From an uncultured Bacillota bacterium (GTDB lineage Bacteria > Bacillota_I > Bacilli_A > RFN20 > CAG-826): a stretch of 64,000 nucleotides of DNA. The stretch is from the NCBI GenBank assembly GCA_949289845.1, contig CASEPN010000001.1, positions 118,887-182,886 on the forward strand, in the 5' to 3' direction. The stretch's first letter is position 1; each line of letters opens with the position of its first letter. This document shows positions 55,681 to 64,000 of this stretch, one piece after another. The notes below the pieces were generated by a model that ran no database searches, was not told the DNA's origin, and worked only from the letters and a program-made list of their open reading frames with translations. The position numbers and the translations under genes are program-made.

Positions 55681-57039
55681 TTGGAGATATTAGTATCTTT
55701 CTTAGTTTCAATCCTTCATAATCTTGGCATGGATCGTGGGGTGGAAATCAAAAGAGATTCTTATCTTCGGAAACTTATTTCGAGGGCAGGGGATGGCCAG
55801 GTCAAGGTACTTACCGGTCTTCGGCGTTCGGGGAAGTCTTACCTTCTTTTCCGTCTTTTCCGTGATTTTCTCGTTTCATCCGGGGTCAAAGACGATCACA
55901 TCATCGCACTTGCCTTGGACGATCTGAGGAACCGTAAGTACTGGAATCCCATTGACCTAGACGACTATGTCCGGTCCCGCATCATGGAAGATGGTGAGAT
56001 GACCTATGTCTTCATCGATGAGATTCAGTTTGTCCGTCCCGTTCCGAATTCTTATGTCGATGATGCGAAGGTTGGCTTCGAAAACGCCGTCCTTGGATGG
56101 CTCGGAATCCCCGGTGTCGACGTTTATGTAACCGGAAGCAATTCCAGGATGCTCTCAAGTGATATCGCGACCGAGTTCCGCGGTCGGCTTGATAATATTG
56201 AAGTTCGGCCCCTGTCCTTCCGGGAACTAAAGGAGGCTTATCCTGAGAACCAACGCCTTCTTGACGAATACTTTATTTTCGGCGGGATGCCTTTTCTGGC
56301 CAGGCTTAAGGAAAGCTCCGAGAGGAGGCGCTATCTAAGAGATCTGGTCCAGCAAATATACCTGAGGGACATCCTTGAGCGGAATTCAATCCGCGGCGAC
56401 AAGGGGACGCTGGATGCATTATTGCGTGCCATTGCCTCCTCCGTCGGATCCCTGACGAGCCTGCGACGCCTCTCCAATATGTTCCTTTCTTTAGAGGGGA
56501 AGACCATCCTGCCCGGGACCGTCGAGCGTTATATCGACTATTTTGCTGACTCTTTCCTCCTGGAACCGGCTGTCAGGCTCGATGTGAAGGGGAACCGGCA
56601 CATTGCTGGTCTCCGAAAGTTCTACTTCATGGACCCCGGCCTTCGGAATGCCCTGCTCGATTTCTCTGAAATCGAACAAGCGCATGCTTTAGAGAACATT
56701 GTCTACAACGAGCTGCGGTCCCGCGGGTTGGACGTTCGCGTGGGCAGCCTTTCCGCGGACTTCCGTGATTCGAGCGGTGAAATCGAGCGGAAGACTCTGG
56801 AAATTGACTTCGTCGCGACGGACGGAAACGGGAAGGCGTACATCCAGTGTGCCTATGACCTTGCGGGCGAAGGAAAGCGCGAGCAGGAAATCCGGGGCCT
56901 CCTTCGCATCAAGGACGGATTCCGGAGGCTTGTTGTCTCGAGGGACATCGTCGTTCCCAGATATGACCGCAACGGAATTCTTTACGTGGGACTTGAGGAT
57001 TTTCTCCTGGGAGACTACCTCGGGCTCTCTAAGGATTGA
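55681..57039 (+). CDS. AAA-family ATPase with DUF4143 (AAA_14-type)
   Basis: Walker A 'GLRRSGKSYLL'. Walker B 'YVFIDEIQ'. C-terminal DUF4143-like region. Lower GC than the core genome and preceded by a very AT-rich stretch. Confidence 0.65.
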   Translation: MEILVSFLVSILHNLGMDRGVEIKRDSYLRKLISRAGDGQVKVLTGLRRSGKSYLLFRLFRDFLVSSGVKDDHIIALALDDLRNRKYWNPIDLDDYVRSRIMEDGEMTYVFIDEIQFVRPVPNSYVDDAKVGFENAVLGWLGIPGVDVYVTGSNSRMLSSDIATEFRGRLDNIEVRPLSFRELKEAYPENQRLLDEYFIFGGMPFLARLKESSERRRYLRDLVQQIYLRDILERNSIRGDKGTLDALLRAIASSVGSLTSLRRLSNMFLSLEGKTILPGTVERYIDYFADSFLLEPAVRLDVKGNRHIAGLRKFYFMDPGLRNALLDFSEIEQAHALENIVYNELRSRGLDVRVGSLSADFRDSSGEIERKTLEIDFVATDGNGKAYIQCAYDLAGEGKREQEIRGLLRIKDGFRRLVVSRDIVVPRYDRNGILYVGLEDFLLGDYLGLSKD

Positions 57040-57633
57040 TTCCGCATCTATTTTTGACTTTTTCGCTTTCGCTTTTGCCCTATCACATGCCTCATGGATT
57101 TCCTTAGGAAGATACCGCTCTATGATCTTCGCCATATTTGCTACTGAACCTAGTTCATTGTGATCTGGGAATCGAACGTAGTGACCTTGGTCGGCAACCA
57201 TACCAAGCACCGAGGCTTTACAGGGGAGGGCAAAGACCTAGGGACGAATTGCGTCCGGCGGAGCGCAACTCTCCCGATCCCGCCGGCATTGCTACTTTGT
57301 TTTGAAGGCATCTTGCAAGAAGGACCGCATGCCGGAAGTGTCCTGGGCAAAAGGGTCATTCTTGACCTTTATGCCTGTGGCCACACTCGATACCAGGTAG
57401 TTCCGCTCAGTCCCACACTATAGACATGCCATTTACTCCTACAGGGCCGGGAATTCCTCGACGGCCTCGTTTTTTGTACAGCCAAGAAAGACGGGCGGCG
57501 TTCCCGCGTTTACACAAGATTCTGTTTATCTCCCAAAGCAAGATTCAGTTGAAGTTTGACAATGAATCCCCAGCAAAACCTTTTTTAAATCCCATAATTT
57601 TAAAGGGATCGAGTAGAGCGCATCTGGCGTCAT

Positions 57634-58371
57634 TCAACCATGGAGGGTTCCGCGTCTCGTTGGACGAGGTACGGCCTTCCCGCCTTTCCTGATCGAGTCT
57701 TTTGTGTTGGCGGGATCCTTGAGGTCCGGGATCGCCCCTCCTGCGATCTCCCATAGGTAGAGGCTCGCTACGCTGCAGCAGGGGCTGAACTTCCGCCGGT
57801 ATTTCTCGAAGATTCTCCTGCTGATTTTCTTGTGATCGTAGACCATCCTCAGTCCCCTCTGGAGGGCAAGGTCGTCATAGCTGAAGACATTAGGCCTTTC
57901 GAGGCAGAAGAGGAGGATCATCTCCGCCGTCCATGTGCCGATGCCCTTGATGGAACGGAGCCTCTCGATCGCCTCTTGGTCTGGAAGGGAGGCGACTTCG
58001 TCCAGGGGAAATTCTCCATCCATGACCTTGGAAGCGAACTCCTTTATGTAGCTCGCCTTCCGGAAGCTCATCCCGAAGGACTGGAGTTCCTGGATGCCCG
58101 CTTCCGCGACCTTCCTAGGCGTCACCTCGCTGAATCCTTCCCTCATCCTTGCCCAGATCGTGCTGAGGGCCTTGGTGGAAATCTGCTGCCCGATTATCTG
58201 ATGGACGACCGAAGAGAAGAGATCCGGGTCCCTCTCGCGCCAGACGTGCCCGATCTGGTCGATGACCTCGCCAAGCCGCGGATCCCTGGACTTCAGGTAG
58301 TCGGTCTCCTTCTCGCCGTAGCGGAAGCAGATGTTCTCCCTTTCCTCATGCATCCTCTTAGTTTCTACCAC
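57634..58371 (-). CDS. alkA: DNA-3-methyladenine glycosylase II (AlkA/HhH-GPD family)
   Basis: HhH-GPD: 'IIGQQISTKALSTIWARM', 'GIGTWTAEMILLFCL', catalytic Asp in 'YDDLALQRG'. Confidence 0.75.
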   Translation of the reverse strand: MVETKRMHEERENICFRYGEKETDYLKSRDPRLGEVIDQIGHVWRERDPDLFSSVVHQIIGQQISTKALSTIWARMREGFSEVTPRKVAEAGIQELQSFGMSFRKASYIKEFASKVMDGEFPLDEVASLPDQEAIERLRSIKGIGTWTAEMILLFCLERPNVFSYDDLALQRGLRMVYDHKKISRRIFEKYRRKFSPCCSVASLYLWEIAGGAIPDLKDPANTKDSIRKGGKAVPRPTRRGTLHG

Positions 58372-58495
58372 AGAGGGCTCCGGGGATACAGGCAGGAAGA
58401 CGCTGCCTTCGCCGTTTCCGGAATTAACTTCCCGAAAAGCGCAAAAGCGGGAACTTAAATAAAAAACTTACTCACTTCTGCTACTTGAAATTCTT

Positions 58496-58504
58496 GGGGG
58501 GGGG
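58496..58504. repeat. poly-G homopolymeric tract (9 G) in the divergent promoter region
   Basis: Read directly: 'ttcttgggggggggtactct'. It lies between the alkA start (58371, minus) and the small repeat-protein gene (58538), next to a TTGAAA -35-like hexamer. Confidence 0.9.
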
Positions 58505-58537
58505 GTACTCTGAGGAAAATAAGAGGAGGTAGGTGGC

Positions 58538-58771
58538 ATGCCTATGTCGGATGAAGAGATTCTTGTTTGGTACTTCGGAGGGAGTCCCCAGTATTCCGGA
58601 AATAAACTGACGAAGATCGGGGAGCTTAGAGTGGAATACTCCGGATCGCGCCTCTCTAAGGTTGGTGGCGCTCGGATTGAGTATTCGGGAAACAAGCTCT
58701 ACAGAATCAACGGCCAGCGCGTCGAGTGGTCAGGCGACCGGATCACCAAGATCGGCAATCGCAAGATGTAG
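58538..58771 (+). CDS. small protein (77 aa) made of four 15-aa repeats [x-Y/W-S-G-x-K/R-L/I-x-K-I/V-G-x-x-R-V/I]
   Basis: 'QYSGNKLTKIGELRV / EYSGSRLSKVGGARI / EYSGNKLYRINGQRV / EWSGDRITKIGNRKM'. Strong RBS 'aggagg'. The stop lies 3 nt before the next ATG. Confidence 0.45.
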   Translation: MPMSDEEILVWYFGGSPQYSGNKLTKIGELRVEYSGSRLSKVGGARIEYSGNKLYRINGQRVEWSGDRITKIGNRKM

Positions 58772-58774
58772 CCC

Positions 58775-59539
58775 ATGATTCGCGAGTTCAGCAAGGAAAC
58801 CGCTGAGAAGCTTCGCCACTACGTTTACCGACTGGTCGACCCTAGAACCGGCGAGACTTTCTACGTAGGGGAAGGATGCGGGAACCGCGTCTTCGCACAT
58901 GCGAACGCCCTTGGGATGTCCTTCTACGATGCCGGGAATCAGTTCCTGACGGACCGTGACGTCCCGACAGAGGAGGACGAGGATCCGGCGAAGGTCCGGA
59001 AGATCGCCGATATACGGAGGTGCGGGCTCGAGCCCATCCATATCATCCAGCGATGGGGCATGGACAAGAAGACGGCATTCGAGGTCGAAGCGGCTTTCAT
59101 CGACTTCTTCGGCATGGACCACCTCACGAACAAGGCCAGGGGACAAGGGAAGGACCGCGGCATGCGTTGGGCCGATGAACTCGAGCTCGAGTTGACCGCC
59201 AGGGAGTTCCCTGACTACCCCGATTGCCCCGAGTTCATTCTCATAAAGATCAACGACCACAATATCGGCAGGGCAGGGAGCGTCTACGAGGCCGTCCGTG
59301 GGTACTGGAAGCTTCGGCCGAGCCATGCGAACAAGTATCGCTATGTCCTTGCGGTTCGCCACGGGATCGTCATCGGGGTCTACGAAGTCAATAAGGACGG
59401 CTGGAAACCGACAGACGATGCGAAGCGCGCCTACTTCGACGGGAAGGAAGCGCCTAAGGAAACCCAGGATATCTTCCTCAACAAGAAGATACCCGCCCGC
59501 TTCCGCAGGAGGCAGAACCCCGCTACCTACTGCGATTGA
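58775..59539 (+). CDS. GIY-YIG nuclease-domain protein with an uncharacterised C-terminal domain
   Basis: 'HYVYRLVDPRTGETFYVGEGCGNRVFAH' is a GIY-YIG core (Y-V-Y ... Y-V-G ... R ... H), with a downstream conserved 'E' region. The C-terminal 120 aa ('VRGYWKLRP..YRYVLAVRHGIVIGVYEV') is unassigned, possibly PUA/EVE-like. Confidence 0.55.
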   Translation: MIREFSKETAEKLRHYVYRLVDPRTGETFYVGEGCGNRVFAHANALGMSFYDAGNQFLTDRDVPTEEDEDPAKVRKIADIRRCGLEPIHIIQRWGMDKKTAFEVEAAFIDFFGMDHLTNKARGQGKDRGMRWADELELELTAREFPDYPDCPEFILIKINDHNIGRAGSVYEAVRGYWKLRPSHANKYRYVLAVRHGIVIGVYEVNKDGWKPTDDAKRAYFDGKEAPKETQDIFLNKKIPARFRRRQNPATYCD

Positions 59540-59980
59540 AATGCCCCTTGTCCGCTTCGTCGGGAAGATGGTGCCGGTTGTCCCCATTGAGCAGGGCGCG
59601 TTTCGGACTGTTTGCGACTGGAGTCGGTGAAGAACATCCTCATGCCCTCAATCCATTGGGTAGGAGGCGTTTTGCGTGTCCCATTCCCTGGAGAAGATGC
59701 CGATACCATTATCCGTCGCCAAGATCGCCCATGCGCCTTTGTTCCGTGCCTTTCCCTAAGCCGTCCTGATTTCCTCATCCGTTGAAAGCGTTGGCCCACA
59801 TGCCTTTGAAGGCAGGGAAATCGCCCTATATTTTGAAGCGCCCTCGTACCCCAGAAGGCTCGCCGCATGGGACGATAAAGCCTGGCCCGTCTGCCATTTT
59901 CTCGTTGCTCCAGGCCGGTGATGTTTTTATCCTCTCATGGGCAGGGAGGTCCTTCACGCGCCTGACCAAGGGAGGATGCC

Positions 59981-60376
59981 ATGGCCCAATTGGGAGAAAA
60001 AGATATTGAGCTGATAGAGAAGGCAAAGGATGCGATCGCCCGGAACTACGACGGCGAGCGCTTCCTCCATACGGTGGGCGCCGCCCTCCGGACGAAGGAG
60101 GGGAAGGTCTACGTCGGCGTGAACGTCTATTCAGTCCATGGGGCGTGCGCGGAGCTCATCGCCCTGGGCGCCGCCATCACCGCGGGGGAGAGAGAGTTCG
60201 AGACGATCGTCGCGGTGAACGGGGAGAGCGGCGAGCCCATGCCCCCCTGCGGAAACTGCCGGCAGATGCTCTCCGACTACGCCCCGGACTGCTGGGTGGT
60301 CATTCAAGGGGAAGGAAATCTCTGTAAAGTCCCTGCGAAATCGCTGATACCGCACTCCTATCACGCGCAGTACTGA
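59981..60376 (+). CDS. cytidine-deaminase-fold protein, blasticidin-S deaminase (BSD)-like
   Basis: Zinc motifs 'HGACAELIA' (C/H-A-E) and 'PCGNCRQ'. About 130 aa. Confidence 0.65.
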   Translation: MAQLGEKDIELIEKAKDAIARNYDGERFLHTVGAALRTKEGKVYVGVNVYSVHGACAELIALGAAITAGEREFETIVAVNGESGEPMPPCGNCRQMLSDYAPDCWVVIQGEGNLCKVPAKSLIPHSYHAQY

Positions 60377-60586
60377 GACGTGCCAAAGGCTCCTTCGACT
60401 AGGGGCCTCGTTATTTCTGCTTTCTTCCGCTCCCTTTGCTTGCGCTTTCTTTCCTTCTCGTCCTTTGCTTCGGATTCGTGACGTTCACAAGGCTCACTCC
60501 CACCAGGAACGTGGCTTGGGCCACGGACGTTCGTCCGAATCGGGGAGGCGATCCCGGAGGACAAGGAAGAAGGGGACGTCCTTTGC

Positions 60587-60880
60587 GTGGACATGCCCCG
60601 CGGCATGTACCTTGATCTCGACGTCCTTCCCGAGTTCCCCTACGCGGGGTACCACTCCGTCCATGCCTCCCAGTTCGTCCCGGAGATGCTCGACCTCCTC
60701 GCCGACTACATCGTTGAGGAAGCGGACTGGATGCTCGTCAACGGCGCTCCTTACGAGCACCCGGAGCTCGCCGCCTTATATTCCACGGAGGAGTTTTCGC
60801 TGGCGTTCCAGGAAGGAGGGTTCCTCCTTCGCGATGATTTTTCGATCGAAGGGCTTGTCCTTGTCTACGAGAGAACCTAG
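60587..60880 (+). CDS. hypothetical protein
   Basis: ORF only. Acidic. No motif recognised. Confidence 0.25.
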   Translation: MDMPRGMYLDLDVLPEFPYAGYHSVHASQFVPEMLDLLADYIVEEADWMLVNGAPYEHPELAALYSTEEFSLAFQEGGFLLRDDFSIEGLVLVYERT

Positions 60881-61026
60881 CGCGCTTTAAAGGCATCGCT
60901 CGACCCCTGTGATGTTTTCTCGTGGATGGGCGATAACTTCTCTTTTAGCCAGAGCGACTAACGGAAGAGCGCCAACTTGGCAATCGAAAACCAGCCAAAT
61001 TGAACAACGGGGCAGGACGACCGCCT

Positions 61027-62445
61027 TCACCGCGGATCGCGTTCCCCAAGCATTTCCTCGAGGCCGACAAGATGCAAATTCTCCTCTGCGGGCTCAAAGA
61101 GCATGCGATCGAAGCCGCTCGCGCCGAAAAGGTAGAACTCCTTTTCCCGATAGTCCCGGAATGGGGGCACCGAGACATCCTCGAGCATGTCGAGGTAGTC
61201 CTGGTAGCCACGTTTTTTTGAGGAGAACTTGCATTCCGCGACAAGGAGATGGTCGCCTTTCCCGGCGCAGCAATCGAGCTCGATGCTCCTTCCGAGCTCC
61301 GAGCCCTCGCGCACATAGTGAGAGAATTCCGGATAGTAGGCCCCGAGCCTCCCTTCCCGGTTAAGCGCCTCGAGATAGTCCATCGCGAGGAATTCGAACC
61401 GGCGATGAAGAAATCCTTCGATCGCGTTCCTTTCGCTTTGGAAGATGGCCTCGCCCTCGCCCAGGCGGATCCGTTCCGCATATGGCTTGATGAAGCGGAA
61501 GTAGAAAGCGAGGATAGGGTCCTCGATCTCGAGTCTGACCCCCCTCCGCGAGTGGAAACGGTAGCGCTTCCTGATGACGCCTAGCTCCTCGAGGGAGCGG
61601 ATGTGCTTGGAAAGATCCGCGGATTCCATGGCGAGCGACTTCCTTAGGGTCTCGTACTCTTCCTTGCCCTCGGCGATCCCGCGGAGGATCGAGGTAAAGA
61701 AGCCGCCGGAAAGTATGTCGCTCGTGATGAGGCTCTCGGGATAGAGAAGAAAGGGGGACTGCGGCTCGAAGAATAGCGACCTCGCGTTTTCGAGGACGCT
61801 TTTCCCAGGCTCGATGAAGGAAAGATAGAACGGATAGGTCGAGGTCAGCAGAAGAACCGAGGCCCGCTCTTTTGTTCCCTTGATATCCGCCAGCGCCTCG
61901 TTCGCTTCCTTGAGGGAAAAGCGCCCGAGGGGCAGGGCGAAGTCTGCCCTTCCGAAAAGAGGGGCTCGGCTGTCCTGGATTTCTCGTTCGACGAGGGAGA
62001 CGCTGCTCCCGGTCAGCAGAAGAAGGAACTTCTGCTTCCTGAAGCTGAGGTCGATGGCGCGCTGAAGCGTGGAGGAGAAGGATGACTTCCTCCTTCTCCC
62101 GAGACGATCGTAGGTGATGAGGGGGAATTCATCGATGCTCACCACGCCCTTCTCATCCCCGAAGTAGGCCGAGATGGCCTTGAAGAAGGCTGCCCAGTCC
62201 GGGAAAGAGGGCGGATAAGGAAGGCCTGCCTGCTCCGCGAAGGAAGAGGCGAAGTCCTTTAGAAGGCTGGCCTCGTCCGTGTCGATCGCATAGAAGGAAA
62301 GATGCTTCTTTCCCTCAGAGAACATCTCCACGAGGGTCGTCTTTCCGATTCGTCGCTGGCCATAGACGTAGCCAAATCGGAAAGTCCCCTTATTGAACTG
62401 TTCTTGAAGGGCGTCCATCTCTCTTTTTCGACTGATAAGTCGCAT
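61027..62445 (-). CDS. ATP-binding protein (archaeal-ATPase-like AAA + DUF234)
   Basis: Walker A 'GQRRIGKTTL'. Walker B 'VVSIDEF'. Length and C-terminal winged-helix-like region are typical of PF01637/DUF234 proteins. Confidence 0.6.
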   Translation of the reverse strand: MRLISRKREMDALQEQFNKGTFRFGYVYGQRRIGKTTLVEMFSEGKKHLSFYAIDTDEASLLKDFASSFAEQAGLPYPPSFPDWAAFFKAISAYFGDEKGVVSIDEFPLITYDRLGRRRKSSFSSTLQRAIDLSFRKQKFLLLLTGSSVSLVEREIQDSRAPLFGRADFALPLGRFSLKEANEALADIKGTKERASVLLLTSTYPFYLSFIEPGKSVLENARSLFFEPQSPFLLYPESLITSDILSGGFFTSILRGIAEGKEEYETLRKSLAMESADLSKHIRSLEELGVIRKRYRFHSRRGVRLEIEDPILAFYFRFIKPYAERIRLGEGEAIFQSERNAIEGFLHRRFEFLAMDYLEALNREGRLGAYYPEFSHYVREGSELGRSIELDCCAGKGDHLLVAECKFSSKKRGYQDYLDMLEDVSVPPFRDYREKEFYLFGASGFDRMLFEPAEENLHLVGLEEMLGERDPR

Positions 62446-62628
62446 TTCTCTACCTTCCTATGTATTACCTGAAGACGTCGGCAGGTAAAGTATACCAAAC
62501 GATCTGGGAAGGAAAAGGATGGCAAGTTTCAGTCAAACTATTATAGACATGTCCCATTTAATATGTAACCGCTTTCAAAATGACGGTTCCGTCCTATGAT
62601 TCTCTTGCCATAAGGCAAGGAGAAAGGA

Positions 62629-63819
62629 ATGGGGAAGAGCTACAGGATCGGCACTCCCGAGGCGCAGGAATACATGCGCCAGTACCGGAACGCGCCCAAG
62701 GGACTCAGCTCCTTCGAGCCGGGGGTCATCGCCTCCGACGCGAAGGAAGTGGTCGCCTTCAACATCGCCAAGTCCTTCTACCAGGTGCACCCGGAGGCGT
62801 TCAACCTCCGCCTGGTCGAGGGGAAGACGGGCATCAAGCCGGAGGAAGCGCGGAAGCGCCTCCTCAGGATGTACCAGGAGAAGCGCTTCATGCTGGTCAA
62901 GAACAGCGCGGTGAACGTCTCCGGCTTCGCCCTCTACTACTGGGCCGTGAAGCTCAGGGAGGACACGACCCCCGAGGAACGGAAGGACCTCATGGAGTGG
63001 TTCCAGGAGAACGACCAGATCTGCACCGGCTACATGATGGAGGAGGGCGGGGACTTCGCCGTCTGGAACGGGAACCACATGCGGAACCTCGACAACCTCA
63101 TCTACGGCGTCCTCGACAAGTTCCGTTTCCGGAGGTGCGTGGAATGGGTCCACGTCTGCCCGATCCGGCGGCTCCTCCGCGAGTCGAGCGTCAACCAGTT
63201 CGACACCCTGCCGGACCGCTACCGCCATTACGCCCTCACGGAAGAGGCCGAGAAGAAGATCGCCGCCCTCAGGCGGGGCGTCGACGAGAAGGACCTCGCG
63301 ATCCTGGGCGCGCTCAATCGCGCTCCCTCGGGGGCGGACCTCTTCGACTACGAGGTCCTCGCCCGCCTCTCCGGACTTGATCCCAAGGAGATGGAGAAGG
63401 ACTTCCGCTACGCCGTGGACGAGGCGCGGGTCTTGATCCCGATGCTTTACCTCAACTACGCCTCCCTCGGCCTGAAGCAGCGCTTCTACCTCGTCTCCCT
63501 TTTCGAGAACACCCCCACCTTCCGCGAGGACGAGATCGGGGACGAGCTCGAGAAGGACGACCGCTTCGTGAACATCTTCGAGATCGCCGACGCCCACCAC
63601 GCCTTCCTCCTCTCCTCCTACGAGGGGATCGAGGACGGGGAGGGCATCCGGCGGAAGCTCCTCTCCTACGGGGAGGTGAAGGAGGTGCTCCTCGCCACGA
63701 GCCCCAGGCAGTTCCGGCGCTGGACGTGCCGGCTGGACGAAAGGCTTTACGAGGAATGCGTCTTCACCGACGACGTGCTCCTCGACCGGAGCGAGGAGGC
63801 CTCCCATGAAGATCAGTGA
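62629..63819 (+). CDS. hypothetical protein with internal duplication
   Basis: Two similar halves, e.g. 'RFMLVKNSAVNVSGFALYYWAVKL' and 'LYLNYASLGLKQRFYLVSLFE'. ATGA-coupled to the downstream acyl-CoA synthetase. Confidence 0.3.
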   Translation: MGKSYRIGTPEAQEYMRQYRNAPKGLSSFEPGVIASDAKEVVAFNIAKSFYQVHPEAFNLRLVEGKTGIKPEEARKRLLRMYQEKRFMLVKNSAVNVSGFALYYWAVKLREDTTPEERKDLMEWFQENDQICTGYMMEEGGDFAVWNGNHMRNLDNLIYGVLDKFRFRRCVEWVHVCPIRRLLRESSVNQFDTLPDRYRHYALTEEAEKKIAALRRGVDEKDLAILGALNRAPSGADLFDYEVLARLSGLDPKEMEKDFRYAVDEARVLIPMLYLNYASLGLKQRFYLVSLFENTPTFREDEIGDELEKDDRFVNIFEIADAHHAFLLSSYEGIEDGEGIRRKLLSYGEVKEVLLATSPRQFRRWTCRLDERLYEECVFTDDVLLDRSEEASHEDQ

Positions 63820-64000
63820 GGCAAGGCCCTACGTCGTCGAGAGGCTCAAGTACGCGCTCAACCCGCGCTCGATCGCGGTGGTGGGAGCCTCCCGCTACCC
63901 GACGAAGGTGGGGAACAAGGTCGTCGCCGAGCTCATGGAGTGGGGCTACGCGGGCACCATCTACCCGGTGAACCCAAGGGCTACGGAAGTCCTCGGGCTC
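63816..64000 (+). CDS. acetyl/acyl-CoA synthetase (ADP-forming) alpha domain, 3'-partial
   Basis: 'LNPRSIAVVGASRYPTKVGNKVVAELMEWGYAGTIYPVNP' is the CoA-binding N-terminus of NDP-forming acyl-CoA synthetases. Runs off the window. Confidence 0.6.

Noticed and set aside
57150-57240. tRNA-like fragment ('gggaatcgaacg', reverse complement 'cgttcgattccc') that might mark an island att site
   Set aside because: A consistent T-arm, acceptor stem or cloverleaf could not be built around it. It does not match the 3' end of tRNA-fMet or tRNA-Ser.
1-64000. CRISPR arrays, IS elements or transposases, integrases, prophage genes
   Set aside because: No regularly spaced direct repeats, and no transposase, integrase, capsid or terminase-like ORFs, were found on either strand.

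Overview
This is a high-GC (~65%) bacterial chromosomal window with compact, mostly co-directional genes; many adjacent genes overlap by 4 nt (ATGA or GTGA start/stop overlaps). The local gene order rsmB-like / rlmN / PP2C phosphatase / Ser-Thr kinase / rpe / rpmB matches the Firmicutes yloM-yloN-prpC-prkC-rpe-rpmB arrangement. The kinase lacks PASTA domains and rsgA is absent, which suggests a divergent Firmicutes/Mollicutes-related lineage; this is inference. Supported content: a partial, catalytically degenerate rsmB-like gene; rlmN; a PP2C phosphatase and Ser/Thr kinase pair; rpe-like; rpmB; trkH and trkA; glgCDA; leuS; a coupled block coaX / ECF S-component / M20 dipeptidase / trmB / ytpR / pncB; a LacI-family regulator; an MFS transporter followed by a chain of small membrane proteins; a complete rnfCDGEA cluster with an enormously expanded RnfG (1114 aa, about 8 tandem FMN-binding repeats), two mini RnfB N-domain proteins, a lipoprotein ApbE flavin transferase, and NusG-II-like and Gx-transporter-like accessory genes; DegV; a three-tRNA cluster (Ala-TGC, Met-CAT, and an Ile-like tRNA with anticodon TAT); two acidic lipoproteins, one ending in a barnase-family RNase domain; a MacB/FtsX-type ABC transporter with a low-GC internal segment; an NhaP-type antiporter; mntP; tRNA-Ser; a Cof HAD hydrolase; pbuG; xth; a MazG-like protein; a BspA-like LRR pseudogene; tRNA-fMet; and a lower-GC patchy region (GT4, PlsC-like acyltransferase, rubrerythrin, SGNH hydrolase, two AAA ATPases, AlkA, a small 15-aa-repeat protein plus GIY-YIG nuclease operon behind a poly-G tract, a BSD-type deaminase, and a partial ADP-forming acyl-CoA synthetase). 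The strongest candidate for a novel system is the multi-flavin giant RnfG with its flavinylation-associated accessory genes. The next is the repeat-protein / GIY-YIG nuclease pair with a poly-G tract upstream. No CRISPR array, transposase or integrase was seen.
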